DNA of 64,000 bases, from the NCBI RefSeq assembly GCF_009914755.1, contig NC_060939.1. The stretch is one strand, 5' to 3'. Source of the stretch: the human T2T-CHM13v2.0 reference genome, Homo sapiens. A model generated the notes under the pieces. That model ran no database searches. It had not been told where the DNA came from and was given only the letters and a program-made list of their open reading frames with translations. This document shows, one piece after another, positions 32,001-46,600 of the stretch; the first letter of the stretch is position 1; each line of letters opens with the position of its first letter. The position numbers and the translations under genes were made by a program.

Positions 32001-35000
32001 AACTCAAGGTATATAGTCTATACTGTACAAAAAATATATAAGAACCCAAAGCATGTATTATATACTGTACATAAAATATGAAAGTACATCAAATATATAT
32101 TTTCTTCTGTACATAAGATATCAAAGTAAACCAAATATATATTTTATACTGTATATAAAATATCAAAGTACCCAAACTATACGTTATGTACTGTACATAA
32201 AATATGAAATTACATAAATATATATTATACTAGGTACATAAAATATGAAAGTACATCAAATATAGATTATATACTGTACATAAAATATCAAAGTACCCCA
32301 AATATATATTATATAGTGTACATGAAATATCAAAGTTCACAAACTATATATTATATACTGTACATAAAATATGAATATACCCAAGGTATATATTCTATAC
32401 TGTACAAAAAATATCAAAGTACCCAAAGCATGTATTATATACTGTACATAAAATATGAAAGTACATCAAATATATATTTTATTCTGTACATACAATATCA
32501 AAGTACACCAAATATATATTCTACAGTGTACATAAAATATCAAAGTACCCAAACTATACAATATATACTGTACATAAAATATGAAATTCCATCAAATATA
32601 TATTATATTAGGTACATAAAATATGAAAGTACATCAAATATAGATTATATGCTGTCCAAAAAATATCAAAGTACCCCAAATATATATTATATACTATACA
32701 TGAAATATCAAAGTTCACACACTATATATTATATACTGTACATAAAATATCAAAGTACCCAAGGTATATATTCTATACTGTACAAAAAATATCAAAGTAC
32801 CCAAAGCATGTATTATATACTGTACATAAAATATGAAAGTACATCAAATATATATTTTATTCTGTACATAAAATATCAAAGTACACCACAAATATATATT
32901 ATAGTGTACATAAAATATCAAATTACCCAAAGTATACATTATATACTGTACATAAAATATGAAATTATATCATATATATATTATATTAGGTACATAAAAT
33001 ATGAAAGTACATCAAATATAGATTATATACTGTACATAAAATATCAAAGAACCCCAAATATATATTATATACTGTACATGAAATATCAAAGTTCACAAAC
33101 TATATATTATATACTGTAGATAAAATATCAAAGTACCCAACGTAAATATTCTATACTGTACAAAAAATATCAAAGTACCCAAAGCATGTATTTTATACTG
33201 TACATAAAATATGAAAGTACATCAAAAATATATTTTATTCTGTACATAAAATATCAAAGTACACCAGATATATATTTTATAGTGTACATAAAATATCAAA
33301 GTACCCAAACTATACATTATATACTGTACATAAAATATGAAAATACATCAAATATATATTATATTAGTTACCTAAAATATGAAAGTACATCAAATATAGA
33401 TTATTAACTATACATAAAATATCAAAGTACCCCAAATATATATTATATACTGTACATGAAATATCAAAGTTCACAAACTATATATTATATACTGTAGATA
33501 AAATATCAAAGTACCCAAGGTATATATTCTATATTGTAAAAAAATAACAAAGTACCCAAAGCATGTATCATATACTGTACATAAAATATTTAAGTACATC
33601 AAATATATATATTATTCTGTACATAAAATATCAAAGTACACCAGATATATATTTTATAGTGTACATAAAATATCAAAGTACCCAAACTATACATTATATA
33701 CTGTACATAAAATATGAAATTACATCAAATATATATTATATTAGGTCCATAAAATATGAAAGTACATCAAATATAGATTATATACTGTACATAAAATACA
33801 AAAGTACCCCAAATATATATTATATACTGTACATGAAATATCAAAATACACAAACTATATATTATATACTGTACAAAAAATATGAATATACCCAAGGTAT
33901 ATATTCTATACTGTACAAAAAATATCAAAGTACCCAAAGCATGTATTATATACTGTACATAAAATATGAAAGTACATCAAATATATATTTTATTCTGTAC
34001 ATAAATTATCAAACTACACCAAATATATATTCTATAGTGTACATAAAATATCAAAGTACCCAAACTATACGTTATATACTGTACATAAAATATGAAATTA
34101 CATAAAATATATATTATATTAGGTACATAAAATATGAAAGTACGTCAAATATAGATTATATACTGTACATAAAATATAAAAGAACCCCAAATATATATTA
34201 TATACTGTACATGAAATATCAAACTTCACAAACTATATATCATATACTGTACATAAAATATCAAAGTACCCAAGGTATATATTCTATACTGTACAAAAAA
34301 TATCAAAGTACCCAAAGCATGTATTATATACTGTACATAAAAGATGAAAGTACATCAAATATATATTGTATTCTGTACATAAAATATGGAAGTACACCAG
34401 ATATATATTTTATAGTGTACATAAAATATCAAAGTACCCAAAGTATACATTATGTACTGTACATAAAATATGAAATTACATCAAATATATATTATATTAG
34501 TTACCTAAAATATGAAATTACATCAAATATAGATTATATACTGTACAGAAAATATCAAAGTACCCCAAATATATATTATATACTGTACATGAAATATCAA
34601 AGTTCACAAACTATATATTATATACTGTATATAAAATATCAAAGTACCCAAGGTATATATTCTATACTGTACAAAAAATATCAAAGTACCCAAAGCATGT
34701 ATTATATACTGTACATAAAATATGAAAGTACATCAAATATATAATTTATTCTGTACATAAAATAACAGTACACCAGATATATATTTTATAGTGTACATAA
34801 AATATCAAAGTACCCAAACTATACATTACATACTGTACATAAAATATGAAATTACATCAAATATATATTATATTAGGAACATAAAATATGAAAGTACATC
34901 AAATATAGATTATTAACTGTACATAAAATATCAAAGAACCCCAAATATATATTATATGCTGTAGATGAGATATCAAAGTTCACAAACTATATATTATATA

Positions 35001-36519
35001 CTGTAGATAAAATATCAAAGTACCCAAGGTATATATTCTATACTGTACAAAAAATATCAAAGTACCCAAAGGATGTATTATATACTGTATATAAAATATG
35101 AAACTACATCAAATATATATTTTATTCTGTACATAAAATATCAAAGTACACCAGATATATATTCTATACTGTACATAAAATATCAAAGTACCCAAACTAT
35201 ACATTACATACTGTACATAAAATATGAAATTACATCAAATATATATTATATTAGGAACATAAAATATGAAAGTACATCAAATATAGATTATTAACTGTAC
35301 ATAAAATATCAAAGAACCCCAAATATATATTATATACTGTACATGAAATATCAAACTTCACAAACTATATATTATATAATGTACATAAAATATCAAAGTA
35401 CCCAAGGTATATATTCTATACTGTACAAAAAATATCAAAGTACCCAAAGCATGTATTATATACTGTACCTAAAATATGAAAGTACATCAAATATATATTT
35501 TATTCTGTACATAAAATATCAAAGTACACCAGATATATATTCTATACTGTACATAAAATATCAAAGTACCCAAACTATACATTATATACTGTACATAAAA
35601 TATGAAATTACATCAAATATATATTATATTAGGTACATAAAATATGAAAGTACATCAAATATAGATTATATACTGTACATTAAATACCAAAGTACCCCAA
35701 ATATATATTTTATACTGTACGTGAAATATCAAAGTTCACGAACTATATATTATATACTGTACATAAAATATCAAAGTACCCAAGGTATATATTCTATGCT
35801 GTACAACAAATATCAAAGTACCCAAAGCATGTATTATATACTGTACCTAAAATATGAAAGTACATCAAATATATATTTTATTCTGTACATAAAATATCAA
35901 AGTACACCAGATATATATTCTATAGTGTACATAAAATAACAAAGTACAAAAACTATAAATTATATACTGTACATAAAATATGAAATTACACCAAATATAT
36001 ATTAGGTACATAAAATATGAAAGTACATCAAATATAGATTATATAGTGTACATAAAACATCAATGTACCCCTAATATATATTATATACTCTACATGAAAT
36101 ATCAAAGTTCACAAACTATATATTATATACTGTACATAAAATAAAGTACCCAAGGTACATATTCTATACTGTACAAAAAATATCAAAGTACCCAAAGCAT
36201 GTATTATATACTGTATATAAAATATGAAAGTACATCAAATATATATTTTATTCTGTACTTAAAATATCAAAGTACACCAGATATATATTCCATAGTGTAC
36301 ATAAAATAACAAAGTACAAAAACTATAAATTATATACGGTACATAAAATATGAAATTACATCAAATATATATTAGGTACATAAAATATGAAAGTACATCA
36401 AATATAGATTATATACTGTACATAAAATATCAATGTACCCCAAATATATATTTTATACTCTACATGAAATATCAAACTTCATATACCATATATTATATAC
36501 TGTACATAAAATATTAAAG

Positions 36520-39500
36520 TACCCAAGGTATATATTCTATACTATACAAAAAATATCAAAGTACCCAAAGCATGTATTATATACTGTACATAAAATATGA
36601 AAGTACATCAAATATATATTTTATTCTGTACATAAAATATCAAAGTACACCAGATATATATTCTATACTGTACATAAAATATCAAAGTACCCAAACTATA
36701 CATTACATACTGTACATAAAATATGAAATTACATCAAATATATTTTATATTAGGTACATAAAATATGAAAGTACATCAAATATAGATTATATACTGTACA
36801 TTAAATACCAAAGTTCCCCAAATATATATTTTATACTGTACATGAAATATCAAAGTTCACAAACTATATATTATATACTGTACATATAATATCAAAGTAC
36901 CCAAGGTATATATTCTATACTGTACAAAAAATAACAAAGTACCAAAAGCATGTATTATATACTGTACCTAAAATATGAAAGTACATCAAATATATATTTT
37001 ATTCTGTACATAAAATATCAAATTACACCAGATATATATTCTATAGTGTACATAAAATATCAAAGTACCCAAACTATACATTATACACTGTAAATAAAAT
37101 ATGAAATTACATCAAATATATACTATATTAGGTACATAAAATATGAAACTACATCAAATATAGATTATATACTGTACATAAAATATCAAAGTACCCCAAA
37201 TATATATTATATACTCTACATGAAATATCAAAGTTCACAAGCTATATATTATATACTGTACATAAAATATCAAAGTACCCAAGGTATATATTCTATACTG
37301 CACAAAAAATATCAATGTACCCAAAGCATGTATTATATACTGTACATAAAATATAAAAGTACATCGAATATATATTTTATTCTGTACATAAAATATCAAA
37401 GTACACCAGATATATATTCTATAGTGTACATAAAATATCAAAGTACCCAAACTATACATTATATTCTGTACATAAAATATGAAATTACATCAAATATATA
37501 TTAGGTACATAAAATATGAAAGTACATCAAATATAGATTATATACTGTACAGAAAATATCAAAGTACCCCAAATATATATTATATACTCTACATGAAATA
37601 TCAAAGTTCACAAACTATATATTATATACTGTACATAAAATATGAAATTACATCAAATATATTTTATATTAGGAACATAAAATATGAAAGTACATCAAAT
37701 ATAGATTATATACTTTACATTAAATACCAAAGTACCCCAAATATATATTTTATACTGTACATGAAATATCAAAGTTCTCAAACTATATATTATATACTGC
37801 ACATAAAATATCAAAGTACCCAAGGTATATATTCCATACTGTACAAAAAATATCAAAGTACCCAAAGCATGTATTATATACTGTATATAAAATATGAAAG
37901 TACATTAAAGATATATTTTATTCTGTACATAAAATATCAAAGTACACCAGATATATATTCTATAGTGTACATAAAATAACAAAGTACACAAACTATAAAT
38001 TATATACTGTACATAAAATATGAAATTACATCAAATATATATTAGATACATAAAATATGAAAGTACATCAAATATAGATTATATACTGTACATGTAATAT
38101 CAAGGTACCCCAAATATATATTTTATACTCTACATGAAATATCAAAGTTCACAAACCATACATTATATACTGTACATAAAATATCAAAGTACCCAAGGTA
38201 TATATTCTATACTGTACAAAAAATATCAAAGTACCCAAAGCATGTATTATATACTGTACATAAAATATGAAAGTACATCAAATATATATTTTATTCTGTA
38301 CATAAAATATCAAAGTACACCAGATATATATTCTATAGTGTACATAAAATATCAAAGTACCCAAACTATACATTATATACTGTACATAAAATATGAAATT
38401 ACATCAAATATATATTAGGTACATAAAATATGAAAGTACATCAAATATAGATTATATACTGTACATAAAATATCAAAGTACCCCAAATATATATTATACA
38501 CTCTACATGAAATACCAAAGTTCACAAACTATATATTATATACTGTACATAAAATATCAAAGTACCCAAGGTATATATTCTATACTGTACAAAAAATATC
38601 AAAGTACCCAAAGGATGTATTATATACTGTACATAAAATATGAAAGTACATTAAATATATATTTTATTCTGTACATAAAATATCAAAGTACACCAGATAT
38701 ATATTCTATAGTGTACATAAAATAACAAAGTACACAAACTATAAATTATATACTGTACATAAAATATGAAATTACATCAAATATATATTAGGTACATAAA
38801 ATATGAAAGTACATCAAATATAGATTATATACTGTACATATAATATCAATGTACCACAAATATATATTTTATACTCTACATGAAATATCAAAGTTCACAA
38901 ACCATATATTATATACTGTACATAAAATATCAAAGTACCCAAGGTATATATTCTATACTATACAAAAAATATCAAAGTACCCAAAGCATGTGTTATATAC
39001 TGTACATAAAATATGAAAGTACATCAAATATATATTTTATTCTGTACATAAAATATCAAAGTACACCAGATATATATTCTATAGTGTAAATAAATATCAA
39101 AGTACCCAAACTATTTATTATATACTGTATATAAAATATGAAATTACATCAAATATATATTATATTAGGTACATAAAATATGAAAGTTCATCAAATAAAG
39201 ATTATATGCTGTACATTAAATACCAAAGTACCCAAATATATATTTTATACTGTACATGAAATATCAAAGTTCACAAACTATATATTATATACTGTACATA
39301 AAATATCAAAGTACTCAAGGTATATATTCTATACTGTACAAAAAATATCAAAGTACCCAAAGCACGTATTATATACTGTACATAAAATATGAAAGTACAT
39401 CAAATATATATTTTATTCTGTACATAAAATATCAAAGTACACCAGATATATATTCTATATTGTACATAAAATATCAAAGTCCCCAAACTATACATTATAT

Positions 39501-42500
39501 ACTGTACATAAAATATGAAATTACATCAAATATATATTAGGTACATAAAATATGAAAGTACATCAAATATAGATTATATACTGTACATATAATATCAATG
39601 TACCGCAAATATATATTTTATACTCTACAAGAAATATCAAAGTTCACAAACCATATATTATATACTGTACATAAAATATCAAAGTAATCAAGGTATACAT
39701 TCTATACTGTACAAAAAATATCAAAGTACCCAAAGCATGTATTATATACTGTACATAAAATATGAAAGTACATCAAATATATATTTTATTCTGTACATAA
39801 AATATCAAGGTACACCAGATATATATTCTATAGTGTACATAAAATATCAAAGTACCCAAACTATACATTATATACTGTACATAAAATATGAAATTACATC
39901 AAATCTATATTAGGTACATAAAATATGAAAGTACATCAAATATAGATTATATACTGTACATAAAATATCAAAGTACCCCAAATATACATTATATACTCTA
40001 CAGGAAATATCAAAGTTCACAAACTATATATTATATACTGTACATAAAATATCAAAGTACCCAAGGTATATATTCTATACTATACAAAAAATATCAAAGT
40101 ACCCAAAGCATGTATAATATACTGTACATAAAATATGAAAGTACATCAAATATATATTTTATTCTGTACATAAAATATCAAAGTACACCAGATATATATT
40201 CTATACTGTACATAAAATATCAAAGTACCCAAACTATACATTACATACTGTACATAAAATATGAAATTACAAAAAATATATTTTATATTAGGTACATAAA
40301 ATATGAAAGTACATCAAATATAGATTATATACTGTACATTAAATACCAAAGTTCCCCAAATATATATTTTATACTGTACATGAAATATCAAAGTTCACAA
40401 ACTATATATTATATACTGTACATATAATATCAAAGTACCCAAGGTATATATTCTATACTGTACAAAAAATAACAAAGTACCAAAAGCATGTATTATATAC
40501 TGTACCTAAAATATGAAAGTACATCAAATATATATTTTATTCTGTACATAAAATATCAAATTACACCAGATATATATTCTATAGTGTACATAAAATATCA
40601 AAGTACCCAAACTATACATTATACACTGTAAATAAAATATGAAATTACATCAAATATATACTATATTAGGTACATAAAATATGAAACTACATCAAATATA
40701 GATTATATACTGTACATAAAATATCAAAGTACCCCAAATATATATTATATACTCTACATGAAATATCAAAGTTCACAAGCTATATATTATATACTGTACA
40801 TAAAATATCAAAGTACCCAAGGTATATATTCTATACTGCACAAAAAATATCAATGTACCCAAAGCATGTATTATATACTGTACATAAAATATAAAAGTAC
40901 ATCGAATATATATTTTATTCTGTACATAAAGTATCAAAGTACACCAGATATATATTCTATAGTGTACATAAAATATCAAAGTACCCAAACTATACATTAT
41001 ATTCTGTACATAAAATATGAAATTACATCAAATATATATTAGGTACATAAAATATGAAAGTACATCAAATATAGATTATATACTGTACAGAAAATATCAA
41101 AGTACCCCAAATATATATTATATACTCTACATGAAATATCAAAGTTCACAAACTATATATTATATACTGTACATAAAATATGAAATTACATCAAATATAT
41201 TTTATATTAGGAACATAAAATATGAAAGTACATCAAATATAGATTATATACTTTACATTAAATACCAAAGTACCCCAAATATATATTTTATACTGTGCAT
41301 GAAATATCAAAGTTCTCAAACTATATATTATATACTGCACATAAAATATCAAAGTACCCAAGGTATATATTCCATACTGTACAAAAAATATCAAAGTACC
41401 CAAAGCATGTATTATATACTGTATATAAAATATGAAAGTACATTAAAGATATATTTTATTCTGTACATAAAATATCAAAGTACACCAGATATATATTCTA
41501 TAGTGTACATAAAATAACAAAGTACACAAACTATAAATTATATACTGTACATAAAATATGAAATTACATCAAATATATATTAGGTACATAAAATATGAAA
41601 GTACATCAAATATAGATTATATACTGTACATGTAATATCAAGGTACCCCAAATATATATTTTATACTCTACATGAAATATCAAAGTTCACAAACCATACA
41701 TTATATACTGTACATAAAATATCAAAGTACCCAAGGTATATATTCTATACTGTACAAAAAATATCAAAGTACCCAAAGCATGTATTATATACTGTACATA
41801 AAATATGAAAGTACATCAAATATATATTTTATTCTGTACATAAAATATCAAAGTACACCAGATATATATTCTATAGTGTACATAAAATATCAAAGTACCC
41901 AAACTATACATTATATACTGTACATAAAATATGAAATTACATCAAATATATATTAGGTACATAAAATAAGAAAGTACATCAAATATAGATTATATACTGT
42001 ACATAAAATATCAAAGTACCCCAAATATATATTATACACTCTACATGAAATACCAAAGTTCACAAACTATATATTATATACTGTACATAAAATATCAAAG
42101 TACCCAAGGTATATATTCTATACTGTACAAAAAATATCAAAGTACCCAAAGGATGTATTATATACTGTACATAAAATATGAAAGTACATTAAATATATAT
42201 TTTATTCTGTACATAAAATATCAAAGTACACCAGATATATATTCTATAGTGTACATAAAATAACAAAGTACACAAACTATAAATTATATACTGTACATAA
42301 AATATGAAATAACATCAAATATATATTAGGTACATAAAATATGAAAGTACATCAAATATAGATTATATACTGTACATATAATATCAATGTACCACAAATA
42401 TATATTTTATACTCTACATGAAATATCAAAGTTCACAAACCATATATTATATACTGTACATAAAATATCAAAGTACCCAAGGTATATATTCTATACTATA

Positions 42501-43600
42501 CAAAAAATATCAAAGTACCCAAAGCATGTGTTACATACTGTACATAAAATATGAAAGTACATCAAATATATATTTTATTCTGTACATAAAATATCAAAGT
42601 ACACCAGATATATATTCTATAGTGTAAATAAATATCAAAGTACCCAAACTATTTATTATATACTGTATATAAAATATGAAATTACATCAAATATATATTA
42701 TATTAGGTACATAAAATATGAAAGTTCATCAAATATAGATTATATGCTGTACATTAAATACCAAAGTACCCCAAATATATATTTTATACTGTACATGAAA
42801 TATCAAAGTTCACAAACTATATATTATATACTGTACATAAAATATCAAAGTACTCAAGGTATATATTCTATACTGTACAAAAAATATCAAAGTACCCAAA
42901 GCACGTATTATATACTGTACATAAAATATGAAAGTACATCAAATATATATTTTATTCTGTACATAAAATATCAAAGTACACCAGATATATATTCTATATT
43001 GTACATAAAATATCAAAGTCCCCAAACTATACATTATATACTGTACATAAAATATGAAATTACATCAAATATATATTAGGTACATAAAATATGAAAGTAC
43101 ATCAAATATAGATTATATACTGTACATATAATATCAATGTACCGCAAATATATATTTTATACTCTACATGAAATATCAAAGTTCACAAACCATATATTAT
43201 ATACTGTACATAAAATATCAAAGTACCCAAGGTATACATTCTATACTGTACAAAAAATATCAAAGTACCCAAAGCATGTATTATATACTGTACATAAAAT
43301 ATGAAAGTACATCAAATATATATTTTATTCTGTACATAAAATATCAAGGTACACCAGATATATATTCTATAGTGTACATAAAATATCAAAGTACCCAAAC
43401 TATACATTATATACTGTACATAAAATATGAAATTACATCAAATCTATATTAGGTACATAAAATATGAAAGTACATCAAATATAGATTATATACTGTACAT
43501 AAAATATCAAAGTACCCCAAATATATATTATATACTCTACATGAAATATCAAAGTTCACAAACTATATATTATATACTGTACATAAAATATCAAAGTACC
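36520..43600 (+). repeat. Tandem duplication, 2 x ~3538 bp (85 monomers)
   Basis: ORF offsets are 37220/40758, 37479/41017, 38134/41672 and 38880/42418 (3538), then 39888/43427 (3539). Confidence 0.92.
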
Positions 43601-46600
43601 CAAGCTATATATTCTATACTGTGCAAAAAATATCAAAGTACCCAAAGCATGTATTATATACTGTATATAAAATATGAAAGTACATCAAATATATATTTTA
43701 TTCTGTACATAAAATATCAAAGTACACCAGATATATATTCTATAGTGTACATAAAATAACAAAGTACAAAAACTATACATTATATACTGTACATAAAATA
43801 TGAAATTACATCAAATATATATTAGGTACATAAAATATGAAAGTACATCAAATATAGATTATATGCTGTACAAAAAATATCAATGTACCCCAAATATATA
43901 TTTTATACTCTACATGAAATATCAAAGTTCACAAACCATATATTATATACTGTACATAAAATATCAAAGTACCCAAGGTATATATTCTATACTATACAAA
44001 AAATATCAAAGTACCCAAAGCATGTGTTATATACTGTACATAAAATATGAAAGTACATCAAATATATATTTTATTCTGTACATAAAATATCAAAGTACAC
44101 CAGATATATATTCTATAGTGTAAATAAATATCAAAGTACCCAAACTATTTATTATATACTGTATATAAAATATGAAATTACATCAAATATATATTATATT
44201 AGGTACATAAAATATGAAAGTTCATCAAATATAGATTATATGCTGTACATTAAATACCAAAGTACCCCAAATATATATTTTATACTGTACATGAAATATC
44301 AAAGTTCACACACTATATATTATATACTGTACATAAAATATCAAAGTACTCAAGGTATATATTCTATACTGTACAAAAAATATCAAAGTACCCAAAGCAC
44401 GTATTATATACTGTACATAAAATATGAAAGTACATCAAATATATATTTTATTCTGTACATAAAATATCAAAGTACACCAGATATATATTCTATAGTGTAC
44501 ATAAAATATCAAAGTACCCAAACTATACATTATATACTGTACATAAAATATGAAATTACATCAAATATATATTAGGTACATAAAATATGAAAGTACATCA
44601 AATATAGATTATATACTGCACATATAATATCAATGTACCGCAAATATATATTTTATACTCTACATGAAATATCAAAGTTCACAAACCATATATTATATAC
44701 TGTACATAAAATATCAAAGTACCCAAGGTATACATTCTATACTGTACAAAAAATATCAAAGTACCCATAGCATGTATTATATACTGTACATAAAATATGA
44801 AAGTTCATCAAATATATATTTTATTCTGTACATATAATATCAAGGTACACCAGACATATATTCTATAGTGTACATAAAATATCAAAGTACCCAAACTATA
44901 CATTATATATTGTACATAAAATATGAAATTACATCAAATATATATTATATTAGGTACATAAAATATGAAAGTACATCAAATATAGATTATATACTGTACA
45001 TTAAATACCAAAGTACCGCAAATATATATTATATACTCTACATGAAATATCAAATTTCACAAACTATATATTATATACTGTACATAAAATATCAAAGTAC
45101 CCAATGTATATATTCTATAGTGTACAAAAAATATGAAAGTACCCAAAGCATGTATTATATACTGTACATAAAATATGAAATTACATCAAATATATATTAT
45201 ATTAGGTACTTAAAATATGAAAGTACATCAAATATAGATTATATACTGTACATAAAATATCAAAGTACCCCAAATATATATTATATACTGTACATGAAAT
45301 ATCAAAGTTCACAACTATATATTATATACTGTACATAAAATATCAAAGTTCCCAAGGTATATATTCTATACTGTACAAAAAAATATCAAAGTACCCAAAG
45401 CATGTATTATATACTGTACATAAAATATGAAATTACATCAAATATATATTATATTAGGTACATAAAATATGAAACTACATCAAATATAGATTATATACTG
45501 TACATAAAATATCAAAGTACCCCAAATATATATTATATACTGTACATGAAATATCAAAGTTCACAACAATATATTACATACTGTACATAAAATATCAAAG
45601 TACCCCGAATATATATTATATACTCTACATGAAATATCAAAGTTCACAAACTATATATTATATACTGTACATAAAATATCAAAGTACCCAAGGTATATAT
45701 TCTATACTGTACAAAAGATATCAAACTACCCAAAGCATGTATTATATACTGTATATAAAATATTAAAGTACATTAAATATATATTTTATTCTGTACGTAA
45801 AATATCAAAGTACACCAGATATATATTCTATAGTGTACATAAAATATCAAAGTACCTAAACTATACATTATATACTGTACATAAAATATGAAATTACATC
45901 AAATATATATTAGGTACATAAAATATGAAAGTACATCAAATATAGATTATATACTGCACATATAATATCAATGTACCGCAAATATATATTTTATACTCTA
46001 CATGAAATATCAAAGTTCACAAACCATATATTATATACTGTACATAAAATATCAAAGTACCCAAGGTATATATTCTATATTGAACAAAAAATATCAAAGT
46101 ACCCAAAGCATGTATAATATACTGTACATAAATATGAAAGTACATCAAATATATATATTATTCTGTACATAAAATATCAAAGTACACCAGATGTATATTC
46201 TATAGTGTACATAAAATATCAAAGTACCCAAACTATACATTATATACTGTAAATAAAATATGAAATTACATCAAATATATTTTATATTAGGTACATAAAA
46301 TATGAAAGTACATCAAATATAGATTATATACTGTCCATTAAATACCAAAGTACCCCAAATATATATTTTATACTGTACAGGAAATATCAAAGTTCACCAA
46401 CTATATATTATATACTGTACATAAAATATCAAAGTACCCAAGGTATATATTCTATACTGTACAAAAAATATCAAAGTACCCAAAGCATGTATTATATACT
46501 GTATATAAAATATGAAAGTACATCAAATATATATTTAATTCTGTACTTAATATATCAAAGTACACCAGATATATATTCTATAGTGTACATAAAATAACAA

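Noticed and set aside
27188-33563. The offset between the 27.0-kb segment and its 33.3-kb copy is also exactly 6375 bp
   Set aside because: The composition differs (an S-free domain with scattered 1-bp indels versus 10 S + 7 L units) and the flanks do not match at this offset. It is most likely coincidence given quantised repeat lengths.
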